From: a virus
Taxonomy: Duplodnaviria; Caudoviricetes
IMG/VR virus record: IMGVR_UViG_2907128583_000005
Span: 96,001-160,000 of that record
Direction: 5' to 3' (one strand)
Length of the DNA: 64,000 nt
The position numbers were made by a program, and so were the translations under genes. The notes under the pieces were generated by a model. It worked only from the letters and a program-made list of their open reading frames with translations. It did not search any database and was not told the DNA's origin. Each line of letters begins with the position of its first letter. The stretch's first letter is position 1. Shown here piece by piece: positions 21,007 through 30,111 of this stretch.

Positions 21007-21289
21007 TCAATCCCTCTTTCTGTTTTCTTAATTCAACTAAAGCGAGTATTCCATAACCGATTTGATCAAGTAATGTATCTTCAATTGATTCTTCAACCTT
21101 AGCCTTACTTCCTTGAACCAAGTTTTCAAGTCTTCTCATTTTATCGTCCATGCGGATTAGTGCACTTAGAATTCCATATTTCTCAAACTGGATACTAAAA
21201 GAATTTCCGTAATCATGGTTCTTTCTTTTTAGAAGCGACTCAACCTCACCACAAATCTTCTCAATTCGCTGTTCCTGATTGTTTTCGAT
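20999..21289 (-). CDS. DUF1599/nucleotide-modification-associated domain protein with non-canonical start (not in ORF track)
   Basis: KRKNHDYGNSF...RMDDKMRRLENL...ESIEDTLLDQIGY; only ATA/ATC/ATT in frame after the GGGGAG RBS. Confidence 0.75.
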   Translation of the reverse strand: MENNQEQRIEKICGEVESLLKRKNHDYGNSFSIQFEKYGILSALIRMDDKMRRLENLVQGSKAKVEESIEDTLLDQIGYGILALVELRKQKEGLNG

Positions 21290-21758
21290 CTTTATTCTCT
21301 CCCCACTTAATCACTCGTACTTTTACATGTTTCTTTCTACCAAATTGTCTTGCTTCACTTTCTGTTCTGACATACACATCAATCTTATGGCCTTTAATAG
21401 CTCCACCTTTATCCTGCACTACTCTTCTGCCTACACCATCTATATAAACTACTGTACCTTTAGGCAGCACCCTCCAGTCAGCAGCTATTGTTTCACCAGC
21501 CTTGGTCATTTTACCTGAAGCTGTCCTTCCATAATCTTTGTTGTGTACGTTCCTGCCTTGATTATTGGTGTATGCTGTTAACTCAAAACGATCCCATCTA
21601 TATGTATCTACTTGTTTGATCTTATCCAACTTAGCAATCTGTGTTTCTTCCTTGGTATTAGTCGTGTTTTTCATTTCTCGTACTTGATTGACACTTTGTG
21701 CTTCAGTGTTGTTCCATACTGATAGCGCCAATAGTAGAGAGAGGATTAGCTCACCCAA
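21261..21758 (-). CDS. Secreted 3D-domain peptidoglycan-modifying protein
   Basis: TAY..GRTASG..IAAD..DKGGAIKGHKIDVY. Confidence 0.9.
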   Translation of the reverse strand: MGELILSLLLALSVWNNTEAQSVNQVREMKNTTNTKEETQIAKLDKIKQVDTYRWDRFELTAYTNNQGRNVHNKDYGRTASGKMTKAGETIAADWRVLPKGTVVYIDGVGRRVVQDKGGAIKGHKIDVYVRTESEARQFGRKKHVKVRVIKWGENKDRKQSGTAN

Positions 21759-21828
21759 CGTATCACGCTCCTGTTTTAGTATGAAGCCCCACTTTTATGT
21801 GAGGCTGTTACACATAAAAATCTATAAA

Positions 21829-22227
21829 TTAAAATTCATAAAATTTAATTGAAGGTTTAATATATCCCTCTTTAACAAGTATTGATTTAGCTTTCTTATT
21901 CTTCAAAAGATCTACCATATTCAATAAGTCTGAAACCTCTTTACTGTTAAGAATCAACTCGTTGCTGTAAGTATACTCAATAATATAGGAGTCTAACTCC
22001 TTCTGTAGATTGCTGGTTAAAGTCTGCCCATATTTCAATGATTCCTTTAATTCATCGCTCATTATGCCTCTTTGAATAATTAAAGAGAAATCATACACGC
22101 AATCTTTTTCTCCATCAGTATTGATAAAATTCATCTTTGTAATTGGTCGAATACTCAGGTCACTTTTTGCTTCAAAATTCTTCTGTTTTAAGATTCCAAT
22201 AGCCAAATCTTTGCTCATTCTTATCAT
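21829..22227 (-). CDS. Hypothetical protein
   Basis: AAGGAG RBS. Confidence 0.65.
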   Translation of the reverse strand: MIRMSKDLAIGILKQKNFEAKSDLSIRPITKMNFINTDGEKDCVYDFSLIIQRGIMSDELKESLKYGQTLTSNLQKELDSYIIEYTYSNELILNSKEVSDLLNMVDLLKNKKAKSILVKEGYIKPSIKFYEF

Positions 22228-22328
22228 TTAAAAACTCCTTTTAAGTCCATATGTCATTGTAAAACAGTTGACTTCGTACATATGGACTTCTATTTATAAT
22301 AAAATCTGTCTTTTACTGGAGCTATGTA

Positions 22329-23507
22329 TTAAGCTGGCAACTGGAACTCGGTAATTAATTTAAGTGCTTCGGTAAGACCATCCACATCTGAAACTGTTGG
22401 GTATGCTGCTGTTCCAAGAATTTTTTTGAATTCAGGAACAATGTATTTTGTTAGTTGATCATTAGTATATCTTTCTTTTTGTTGATTAATTTGATTAATT
22501 AAATCTTCAGCATTTAGTTTCTCTACCTCTTGTGTTGCAAATTCCTTAGCTTGTTCATTACGTTCTTGTTCTTGTTCTACCTTCAGTTCTTCAATGTTCT
22601 TCTTTGTTTTTTTAAGTTGCCCCTTAACTGCTTTCTCAAACACCTTCATGAAGTTCTCTGCACTATACTCTACTGGCTCTTCTGGTAGATCTGTATAGCT
22701 TCCACCAGCGATAGAAATATACTCAGTTGGTCTAAAAACCATCACCGTACGAGTTTCATGAAAGTTGTGCCCTTTTTCTTTTCCTGCTTTAGTCTTAACA
22801 TTTTCTGAAACTTCACTACCTGCTTTATCTGTAACAACAACTTCATTAAATAGGCAGCAAATCAATCTTGCTTGAGATTCAAAGATCTTTCTTCCTGTTT
22901 GATGCATCATAAGTTCGACAGAATTATATTTCATACCATTATACAGAGTAGTTTCTTTTTCCTTAGTCCATGCCATTGCCATAATTCCATATTTAGCTGC
23001 TTTAAGAGCATCGATAGGCTTTTTCATTTCATCATAGAGTGCAGTGTATCCATTCTCTGCCCCCTTAGAAGCTTCAGTTAGTTCTTGCAATGAAACAAGT
23101 CGAGCGACACCATATTTTTTTGCTCTATCTTTTAGTAACCAAGCCGTTGCTGCATCAATACAACGATCTGCCGTATCGAATCCGATCAACTTAACTTTTT
23201 TATTTTCTTTTGCTTCTTGAACGAGACCGGGAACCACGTCTTTCTTAAAAAACTCCCATTGCTTCCAAGCATCTTCGTCCGACCCTTCTTCAAAAATAGG
23301 TAGAACGTTCTCCTCCAATTCCCAAGTCTCGAATCCTGGCTCCCATGCGATAAGCAGTGTTTCTTCTACTGGATTTTTGTAGTGCATTTCAGTTAGTTCT
23401 TTCCAAAGTCGCGTTTTTCCTGTTTTATACGTACCTGCAACCAGACTTGTGATAGAATGCAGCTCAACTTTAGGCGTATTACCTACAACTTTATTTCTCC
23501 AACTCAT
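22329..23507 (-). CDS. AAA_24/Sak4-like ATPase (phage recombinase, YorG-like)
   Basis: Walker A GTYKTGKT, FDTAD Walker B; adjacent SSB-like gene. Confidence 0.75.
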   Translation of the reverse strand: MSWRNKVVGNTPKVELHSITSLVAGTYKTGKTRLWKELTEMHYKNPVEETLLIAWEPGFETWELEENVLPIFEEGSDEDAWKQWEFFKKDVVPGLVQEAKENKKVKLIGFDTADRCIDAATAWLLKDRAKKYGVARLVSLQELTEASKGAENGYTALYDEMKKPIDALKAAKYGIMAMAWTKEKETTLYNGMKYNSVELMMHQTGRKIFESQARLICCLFNEVVVTDKAGSEVSENVKTKAGKEKGHNFHETRTVMVFRPTEYISIAGGSYTDLPEEPVEYSAENFMKVFEKAVKGQLKKTKKNIEELKVEQEQERNEQAKEFATQEVEKLNAEDLINQINQQKERYTNDQLTKYIVPEFKKILGTAAYPTVSDVDGLTEALKLITEFQLPA

Positions 23508-23596
23508 TAAATGAATCTCTCCCTGTTATATGTATTTATGTTTGGTCTGCGCTTTTACACACAGACCGTTTTCTAATAAATTGTAAAAATCTACTC

Positions 23597-24751
23597 TCAC
23601 GCGAAAGGATCATCGCTATTTGCTGTAAATGGATCATCGGATGGATTGGCTGTTTGGTTAAACGGATCATCACTTGCAACACTGCCACCAAATGGATTTT
23701 CATTTGTCAAAACAGCAGACTTCTTGACCTCTTCTTCAGTAAGCAGTTCACGCATAAGGCTTCCCTGGACATAACTGGTTACTTCAAGTCCCTTTTTGTC
23801 TCCGTTTGTCACACGTTCTTTTCTTGTTACTTTTTGAGTACTATCTACACTACTAAAAGGATCGTCCGAAGCTAGTTCTTCCACTACATCTACGTAGGCA
23901 AATGTTGCCCGGTTATTATCTTGTCCTGTTGCTTCGATGAAATCATATGTATTCAAACTTGCAAATGCATCTGCCATTGAAATCTTTCCTTCTGCTGCCT
24001 CTGTTTGATAACAAATCAATTCAACATCTTTTGGCTCAGAACGTTCTTTCCCATAATCAAGAAATAGTCCGTTTATTTTTGTATCTCCACCTTCTTCTTG
24101 ATAAGTGCTTCGAATACCAAGTTGCATTGTAAAGTAATTTACTTCTCTGAAATTTTCATCATTAAAATCTGTAATGTAATCAAATTCTTCTCCAGAGTGC
24201 TTAACTGTTTGAGTTGTGCCATCATCGTTAACAATCAGGCCATCTTTGATTGGGCGAACAGAATTGATGATGCGTTTCAGATAAACCTTTTCCTCGCCAC
24301 TGTCTGGAGTAAAGACATCAAATTGATATTGTCCTCTTACTTCATACCACTCGTCTACTTTAATCAACTCACCAAGCCGCTCTGTTTTATCCCAATCTAC
24401 TTCAATCGGATGATATGTATTGTCTGGAAAAGCTTCTTTGTTATTTCTGTCAGCCCAAGCTACTTTGTGAGGTTTTTTATGTGTACTACTATAAGGATAA
24501 GCCCATTGCTGTTCCATACCCGACAATTCCACTCGAAGGCGATTACTCAATGCTGTTTCAATTTCAAATTGCAGTACTCTACGTTGTTTATTTGTTTTCG
24601 TAGTTGTTTGTTGATAAATAGGCTGTTTAACCCAACTGTCTGTTTCTTGATCCTTTTTGCTAATCTCACTTACTTTCCCGATAAATCGAAATGCGCTTTT
24701 AAATTCTTTGCCACCGTGCTTCTTGTTCACTTTAATCTTATAGTCTGCCAT
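23597..24751 (-). CDS. Putative phage single-stranded DNA-binding protein
   Basis: Acidic C-terminal DDPF repeats; position next to Sak4-like ATPase. Confidence 0.6.
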   Translation of the reverse strand: MADYKIKVNKKHGGKEFKSAFRFIGKVSEISKKDQETDSWVKQPIYQQTTTKTNKQRRVLQFEIETALSNRLRVELSGMEQQWAYPYSSTHKKPHKVAWADRNNKEAFPDNTYHPIEVDWDKTERLGELIKVDEWYEVRGQYQFDVFTPDSGEEKVYLKRIINSVRPIKDGLIVNDDGTTQTVKHSGEEFDYITDFNDENFREVNYFTMQLGIRSTYQEEGGDTKINGLFLDYGKERSEPKDVELICYQTEAAEGKISMADAFASLNTYDFIEATGQDNNRATFAYVDVVEELASDDPFSSVDSTQKVTRKERVTNGDKKGLEVTSYVQGSLMRELLTEEEVKKSAVLTNENPFGGSVASDDPFNQTANPSDDPFTANSDDPFA

Positions 24752-25053
24752 ATGTATATTATTTCTCCTTTTTATGTTTGATTATTTTTATTTGATTAAT
24801 TTAAGTCTAATCAATCATAAAAAGGAGGGCTTCTCAACTTGTTCTTGATTCATATCACCACCTTGTTAAGTGAGATGTATTGCATCTATATAATCGCACT
24901 TGGCGTTATTATTGTATGTACTTCTTTAAGAGTTATTTTAGCTCCTACATTGAAACTAAGTAAATCCGCTATCGTAAGACCTGTTCATGTTTTGACATCT
25001 CCTTTCAGTTATATCTTATCTATATAATCACACATTTTTGTGTGTTATTTTCT

Positions 25054-25130
25054 TGGTGGGTCTTGAGGGATTTGAACCCCCGACCAATCGGTTATGAGCC
25101 GACCGCTCTAACCAACTGAGCTAAAGACCC
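25054..25130 (-). tRNA. tRNA-Ile2 (CAU anticodon, lysidine type)
   Basis: GGGTCTTTAGCTCAGTTGGTTAGAGCGGTCGGCTCATAACCGATTGGTCGGGGGTTCAAATCCCTCAAGACCCACCA; 77 nt, encoded CCA; resembles Bacillus Ile2 rather than Met. Confidence 0.9.
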
Positions 25131-25204
25131 TTGTTCATTGCCTTTTGGTAACAGTCTATCTTGATAAAAGTATTCTTTTATGACGTCGATTACCTTGCTA
25201 ATTA

Positions 25205-25250
25205 AATATAACACGCTTACTCATTATAGTCAATGTATTTCATTATTTTT
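25205..25250 (-). promoter_or_regulatory. SigA promoter TTGACT-N17-(TG)TATATT with operator-like motif; drives tRNA and recombination block
   Basis: -35 at 25228-25233, -10 at 25205-25210, motif at 25239. Confidence 0.7.
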
Positions 25251-25333
25251 AATTGTATAATCATTATACATTTTTATTTCTAGCTATAAAGTATGTAATC
25301 AGCCGAACCATACGCTCGGCAATGGCTATGCAA

Positions 25334-25708
25334 CTAAGACAAGGCTAAGTGTAGCAAATTTGAGTATTTATTTTTTTCATACAAGCTATATAATGTTTCT
25401 GGATCTGTTACTTTTAATCTAGCTAACTTAAAACCATCAACTTTTTCTTGACATAATCTCTCAAGTGCCATGATATTATTATCATTATAATCAACAATAA
25501 ACTCACTCTTGTCCTTATATCCTTCTTCATTGATCAACTGTTTTCTTTTTTCTGAGAGATAAATATATTCAGAGCCAGGATTACCATTGCAAAATAAATA
25601 CATTTTTTGTCTGTCAGAGTCACTTCTCAAAAGGAACTCAATTTTTTTAATTATTATTGTGGCGCTTTTAGGTATATCAAGCCGATAAATTAGTTCGTCT
25701 TGCTGCAT
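25334..25708 (-). CDS. Hypothetical protein downstream of LexA and Spo0A boxes
   Basis: AAGGAG RBS. Confidence 0.7.
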   Translation of the reverse strand: MQQDELIYRLDIPKSATIIIKKIEFLLRSDSDRQKMYLFCNGNPGSEYIYLSEKRKQLINEEGYKDKSEFIVDYNDNNIMALERLCQEKVDGFKLARLKVTDPETLYSLYEKNKYSNLLHLALS

Positions 25709-25724
25709 AGCATTATCTCCTTGC

Positions 25725-25920
25725 TGTCGAATTCTATACTTTTATTATACGAGATTACTATAATTAGGCAACAACTTTACACACCATGTCTAAATATATT
25801 GACTTAATCAATATACTGGAAAAACGTCCATATAGTGTGTCACTTTTTGTCGAATCGTTTTATTCAGGAACTTATGTTCGTATTTATTTTGATTATACTA
25901 CTGCCAAAAGGCATAAGCAA
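25725..25920 (-). promoter_or_regulatory. Promoter TTGCTT-N17-TATAAT (25892-25920), LexA box (25868-25879) and two Spo0A boxes (25725, 25848)
   Basis: GAAC-ttat-GTTC; TGTCGAA twice. Confidence 0.6.
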
Positions 25921-25940
25921 CATAAATCCAAAAATAACTC

Positions 25941-26354
25941 TTATTTTTTATTGTTTCTTAATTTTTGTAGCATTTTTTTCACATTGGTTAAATGTACCGC
26001 AGCTATCTCTACAAAGCTTTTTTTGTTTTTATCAAAGTATATCTCATATACCTTTTCATCAATTTCATCAATTTTAGTAACGTCAGCCATGCTCCCTCTA
26101 CCTACTCTTACGAAGCCTTCAATATTCTCAAATAAACGCATCGTCTGTTCCGTTCTTGTTTCATCGATATACTCGCCCATATCTGTTATGTATACAATTC
26201 TTGTTTGCCCAGTTCTTCCACTTTTCTTTTCAGTTCTAAATCCTTGAATTTCAGATACTGGCAGCATAATTGCTACTTCGTCTATTTTGTCACCTATCTT
26301 TTTAACTACTTTTATAGTATCCGTTGATTTCAATTTTTTCACCTCATAATTCAT
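25941..26354 (-). CDS. LytTR-domain-only transcriptional regulator (no receiver domain)
   Basis: GFVRVGRGSMADVTKIDEID matches the LytTR F-x-R-x-x-R-x-x-x-N/D pattern; located in agr operon. Confidence 0.75.
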   Translation of the reverse strand: MNYEVKKLKSTDTIKVVKKIGDKIDEVAIMLPVSEIQGFRTEKKSGRTGQTRIVYITDMGEYIDETRTEQTMRLFENIEGFVRVGRGSMADVTKIDEIDEKVYEIYFDKNKKSFVEIAAVHLTNVKKMLQKLRNNKK

Positions 26355-26394
26355 TTGGTGTCTCGCCTCCCAAAAGAAGAACGAGACACCAAAT
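26353..26394 (-). promoter_or_regulatory. 13-bp perfect hairpin enclosing the lytTR RBS and start codon
   Basis: ATTTGGTGTCTCG...GGGAGG-CGAGACACCAAAT(G). Confidence 0.75.
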
Positions 26395-26397
26395 ATC

Positions 26398-26520
26398 TTA
26401 TTTCAATTCTTCTGGCACTGCTTCTCCATGGATCAACGTCCAACTAGCAGTGCTTACTACTGTTACAGCCAGCAGAGAGCAAAAACTACCAACAATCAGC
26501 ATAAGTTTGTTCAATTTCAT
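26398..26520 (-). CDS. agrD: AgrD-like cyclic lactone autoinducer propeptide (40 aa, not in ORF track)
   Basis: MKLNKLMLIVGSFCSLLAVTVVSTASWTLIHGEAVPEELK; GGAGGTG RBS; ATGA overlap with agrB; A-S-x4-H-x3-VPEEL tail. Confidence 0.9.
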   Translation of the reverse strand: MKLNKLMLIVGSFCSLLAVTVVSTASWTLIHGEAVPEELK

Positions 26521-27053
26521 ACCTTTTCACCTCCTCTCAAGCGTATCAAGAGGAGACTTTGTACTAAAGCTGCTAAATTCAAAACTGGAATATTAATCGT
26601 ATATATTAGCGTAACTAATATTAAAGATATAATTTTAAACCATTTAAAATTTTTTGGTTTCACTCTTGTTTGCTGTTCGATCTTACTTGGTGCATACAAC
26701 ATTACTAATATTATACTCGCTAGGTACATAGCGAAAGAATAATTATCGAAATAATTGCCACACAATGCAATTAAAATTATAACAAGAGATGAAAAAACTA
26801 TACACATTTCTGCTGATTTAAAATGAAACCCACCTGAAAACATTCTTACTGATGAAAAACCAATTAGTGCAAGTATTGCTTCTTTGGTAATCCCCAGCAA
26901 CATTGATGCTATTAAAACAATAAATATTGGAATGGTATTCGATATAATAAATTTAATTGTATACCTTACTATTTGTTGTGACGGTAATTCATCAGGATAT
27001 TTCCTTTTAGCTGCAATACTCCATTTATCAGCCAACTGATTAATCATATTCAT
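26517..27053 (-). CDS. agrB: AgrB accessory gene regulator B peptidase
   Basis: RMFSGGFHFKSAEMC (R-x-x-x-GG-x-H...C catalytic motif), LYAP, multiple TMs. Confidence 0.92.
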   Translation of the reverse strand: MNMINQLADKWSIAAKRKYPDELPSQQIVRYTIKFIISNTIPIFIVLIASMLLGITKEAILALIGFSSVRMFSGGFHFKSAEMCIVFSSLVIILIALCGNYFDNYSFAMYLASIILVMLYAPSKIEQQTRVKPKNFKWFKIISLILVTLIYTINIPVLNLAALVQSLLLIRLRGGEKV

Positions 27054-27681
27054 TTTTAATTTCCTTTCTTCTTTCTATAAAAATCAGTAAGACAAATATT
27101 ATTATCCAAAAAACTACGCTAATAGTCATATTATCGAAAGTTGGCTTTGTCATTACAGACACTCCGATCAGAGAAATAATGAATAATACAACATTAGAGA
27201 CATTAATTTTGAATTTCAAAGTATATTGATACGGCAGTGTTGTAAAGAAAACAGATCGTTTTCTTAATGCAAGGCTTATTAAGATCATTGTTGAGTCACC
27301 TAAAAATTGAATCAACGTTCCATAATCTTTTGTTGTTGTAAAAAAATCAATTTTTAGTGTTAATGCGAGTATGACAGCAGTTAAAGTTTGTAAAATCATC
27401 TGCACTAAGAAACTAATTCCCGATATTCTCAGTGATGAAAGAGGGGATAACTTAAATAAAATTACAAGAAAAAGAATCATGCATATAAGGTTTGTCACGG
27501 GAGCAATCCTATTCGGAAAACCATATTCCATATATAAGTAGGAACCCACCGAAATACACAGGCTTGAAACGATAAATTGTATCCAATAATCTCTTATTTT
27601 TACCGAATACATACCAAATCCAAAAATAAAAATCGCCATTCCATCCAACATTGAGAATATTATGTATTTAGCTGTTTCCAT
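27040..27681 (-). CDS. Polytopic membrane protein, AgrC-sensor-like but without kinase domain
   Basis: About 6-7 TM helices; no H-box or ATPase domain; first gene of agr operon; start METAK with GAGGG RBS. Confidence 0.7.
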   Translation of the reverse strand: METAKYIIFSMLDGMAIFIFGFGMYSVKIRDYWIQFIVSSLCISVGSYLYMEYGFPNRIAPVTNLICMILFLVILFKLSPLSSLRISGISFLVQMILQTLTAVILALTLKIDFFTTTKDYGTLIQFLGDSTMILISLALRKRSVFFTTLPYQYTLKFKINVSNVVLFIISLIGVSVMTKPTFDNMTISVVFWIIIFVLLIFIERRKEIKNEYD

Positions 27682-27728
27682 GTTTGCCCTCACGTTCTTA
27701 TAATTAAATATAATGAATTTATAATGTA

Positions 27729-27757
27729 AATATATCATGCGTTTATGTTGATGTCAA
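27729..27757 (-). promoter_or_regulatory. SigA promoter of the agr-like operon, TTGACA-N17-(TG)TATATT
   Basis: -35 at 27752-27757, -10 at 27729-27734. Confidence 0.7.
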
Positions 27758-27794
27758 CACAATTTTCCATAAAAAAAAGTAGAATAAGAAATAC

Positions 27795-28772
27795 TTATTC
27801 TACTTCAGGATAAACTCTTTTTATGGTTTCTTCATTGAGGAAATCTTGAGTATACATTGTACTGTTGATTATACCACCATCACGCAAACCAACATTAAAT
27901 TGTTTACATATCTTATGAATATCTGAACGATCTAAAGATTTTTTGTTATCACGAAGGTATTCTATTCTTGCCATTTCTAACATGCCTGAATTTCTTATAT
28001 CGATTGGAGATAAACTTGGCCTATTCAGTTTTTCACCAAACTTTGTAACAACAAATGTTATTAATGACTGTTTAACTTCTTCTCCTCTCGTGCTCTTTAT
28101 TATATATTCATTGTCTTTTAATTTGGAAGTATCTTTTCTTTTGCTACCTTCACCAAAATTGGATTTGTACACTTCTTCTTTATCGGCTGCTAAAAGAGAT
28201 TTAATTAAATATTCACTAACAATAATTTCTCTTTCTGTTGTTTCATAGCGGTCTACATTTGTTAATTTTATTTTATTATTAGCCTTATCGATATTTTCCA
28301 CTTTTAAGGTTCTTATTTCAGAACTGTTTCTACCCAGAATACCTTCAAATATTGATAGAATTATCGCTATATCTCTATAACTATCCAATTCAGATAAAGC
28401 ATCGTCTAAATGCTCTTTTTTAATTAATGTTTGTTGTGGTACAAATTTTTCAAAGTCGCTTTTCCCTTTCATTGCTGCAAGTGGATTCATTTTATCTTTT
28501 CTAAGCCCTTGCGCACTTGCCCACTCAACGTATTTCCTGAGAATTGACCCATAATTCATTGCACTACTTAACTTTGTTGGAGCTAGAAGATAAATAACCT
28601 CTTCAAATTCACTCAATGTAAAATCATAAAGGTCTTTTTCCAATCTCATTTCCACTCTGCTTGCACGTTTTAATTTTCCTTCGTAGTTTTTACGAGTGTT
28701 TTCTCTAAATTCACTTAAAAATCTTTTTTTGATCTCTGGATTATATAGGCTATCCCCATATATATTATTCAA
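27795..28772 (-). CDS. YopR/MrpR (SroF)-like master repressor with degenerate tyrosine-recombinase fold
   Basis: YNPEIKKRFL, EKDLYDF, IFEGI.G..SEIRTL, IRNSGM; 325 aa; downstream of a YopQ-like gene as in SPbeta. Confidence 0.8.
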   Translation of the reverse strand: MNNIYGDSLYNPEIKKRFLSEFRENTRKNYEGKLKRASRVEMRLEKDLYDFTLSEFEEVIYLLAPTKLSSAMNYGSILRKYVEWASAQGLRKDKMNPLAAMKGKSDFEKFVPQQTLIKKEHLDDALSELDSYRDIAIILSIFEGILGRNSSEIRTLKVENIDKANNKIKLTNVDRYETTEREIIVSEYLIKSLLAADKEEVYKSNFGEGSKRKDTSKLKDNEYIIKSTRGEEVKQSLITFVVTKFGEKLNRPSLSPIDIRNSGMLEMARIEYLRDNKKSLDRSDIHKICKQFNVGLRDGGIINSTMYTQDFLNEETIKRVYPEVE

Positions 28773-28776
28773 TTTG

Positions 28777-30111
28777 TTACACCTCTTTGATTATATTTTC
28801 AAAATGTTTTAGTATGTCCCCTTGAATGCGAGTAGACGAATAAGCTCTTTTAGCCTCAAATAAATCTATAAGTGTTTTATCGTTACTTAAATCAAGACTA
28901 TCAATTATTTTATTTAACTCCTGTGGATTAATGCTTTGATTATCTTTTTGATACATTTTATAAGCGATCACTGTATATCCAAAAAACATTAAAGGGTGAT
29001 TTATATAGCTCTTATCATACTTTTCTCTATTTTCCAAAAAAGCATCCACATACAAACTTATCAAAATACCAAAATATTTCACAAGATAGTGAGATACATT
29101 TTGATAATCAAGATACGTCTGAGGATTAAATGTTCTTTCAATCGCTAAATTTAAGATACTGAAAGTTGTCAATTGCCCAACAGCAGTATTTGGCTTAGTT
29201 GTAGAGGCAATTCGAATACCTTTAAGTTCGCTGTCTTGGTTGGTTTGTAATTCTTTTACAACAGAAGCAGATCGCCCAGTAGCAGAAAGTTCTTTCTTTC
29301 TGTCTTTATTTAAAATGTTGATTGTATTTATCTGACCAAAAAATTTAGAGGCAGTTTGCTGATCATAAGTTCTAATCGATAGTTCAAAATTAAAATTTAA
29401 ATCATTTTTCTCATTCATTGCTTTGACAGTAGCCTGCAAACGGTGAAAACCATCCAATATACTTATAGTAGCATCTTTGTTTATAATTAATTGTCCAAAC
29501 TCGTCTTCTTTCGGAATCCAAGTTACTGGTTCTGATTCAAAGTTATAAACGTTAAATCTTATGGTATCAGTTAAATAGTCATTCGCAACCAGTTTATTAG
29601 CAATAGTTCTCACGGAAGACTGATTTACAATAGGCGTTTCAATAATTCCATCGTTGCGATTGCCTTTATATTTTAATCCTCTTTGAGACCTTGGATCGTA
29701 TATTATCATCTGCGATTCAAACATCTTATTTAGAAGCTTGGCTGATATTTTTGAAGAATATGCTTTTTCGTCAATTTGTATTGCATTAAAAGTCAAAGGT
29801 AGACTTATTGTTTCACTAACAAATTCTGATGCTACACTTTCTTTTGCTTCTCTAATTTCAGTCGCTGTAAAATGTTCAAGTGGATCTATACCACCAAAAA
29901 CACTATTAATGCACTCAGTAAAGACACATAATAAGGGTAGACTAACCTCTTCAATGCTTTTCTTTTTTAAAATAATCTCGTTTAATGTTCCATAGGGAAC
30001 TCCTAGTGAGTTTAATCTGTCATTTACACTAAGTATCTTCTTTCTACTTGTCTTATGTTCATCAATTATCTCAGTAATTATCTTTTCTACTTCTCTACGG
30101 TCAGTTTTCAA
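28777..30111 (-). CDS. YopQ-like DndB/DGQHR-domain protein
   Basis: SQRG, ILDGFHR, FFGQIN motifs. Confidence 0.8.
   Translation of the reverse strand: MKTDRREVEKIITEIIDEHKTSRKKILSVNDRLNSLGVPYGTLNEIILKKKSIEEVSLPLLCVFTECINSVFGGIDPLEHFTATEIREAKESVASEFVSETISLPLTFNAIQIDEKAYSSKISAKLLNKMFESQMIIYDPRSQRGLKYKGNRNDGIIETPIVNQSSVRTIANKLVANDYLTDTIRFNVYNFESEPVTWIPKEDEFGQLIINKDATISILDGFHRLQATVKAMNEKNDLNFNFELSIRTYDQQTASKFFGQINTINILNKDRKKELSATGRSASVVKELQTNQDSELKGIRIASTTKPNTAVGQLTTFSILNLAIERTFNPQTYLDYQNVSHYLVKYFGILISLYVDAFLENREKYDKSYINHPLMFFGYTVIAYKMYQKDNQSINPQELNKIIDSLDLSNDKTLIDLFEAKRAYSSTRIQGDILKHFENIIKEV

Noticed and set aside
25054-25130. Initiator tRNA-fMet, or an att-site tRNA marking a prophage end
   Set aside because: Lacks the three G-C anticodon-stem pairs and the C1 mismatch; phage-type genes lie on both sides and no duplicated 3' fragment was seen.
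25334-25708. Second LytTR protein
   Set aside because: No recognisable LytTR motif; left as hypothetical.
24098-26742. Plus-strand ORFs 24098-24781, 25786-26247, 26324-26596 and 26428-26742
   Set aside because: Antisense shadows of well-supported minus-strand genes, with no RBS or recognisable motifs. The same applies to most short opposite-strand ORFs in the track.
27040-27738. AgrC histidine kinase, or a frameshifted agrC
   Set aside because: The ORF ends after the last TM and overlaps the agrB start; there is no room for, or trace of, kinase domains.
27795-28772. Active phage integrase
   Set aside because: H-x-x-R is replaced (PIDIRN) and LGH is missing; size and synteny fit a YopR/MrpR repressor.
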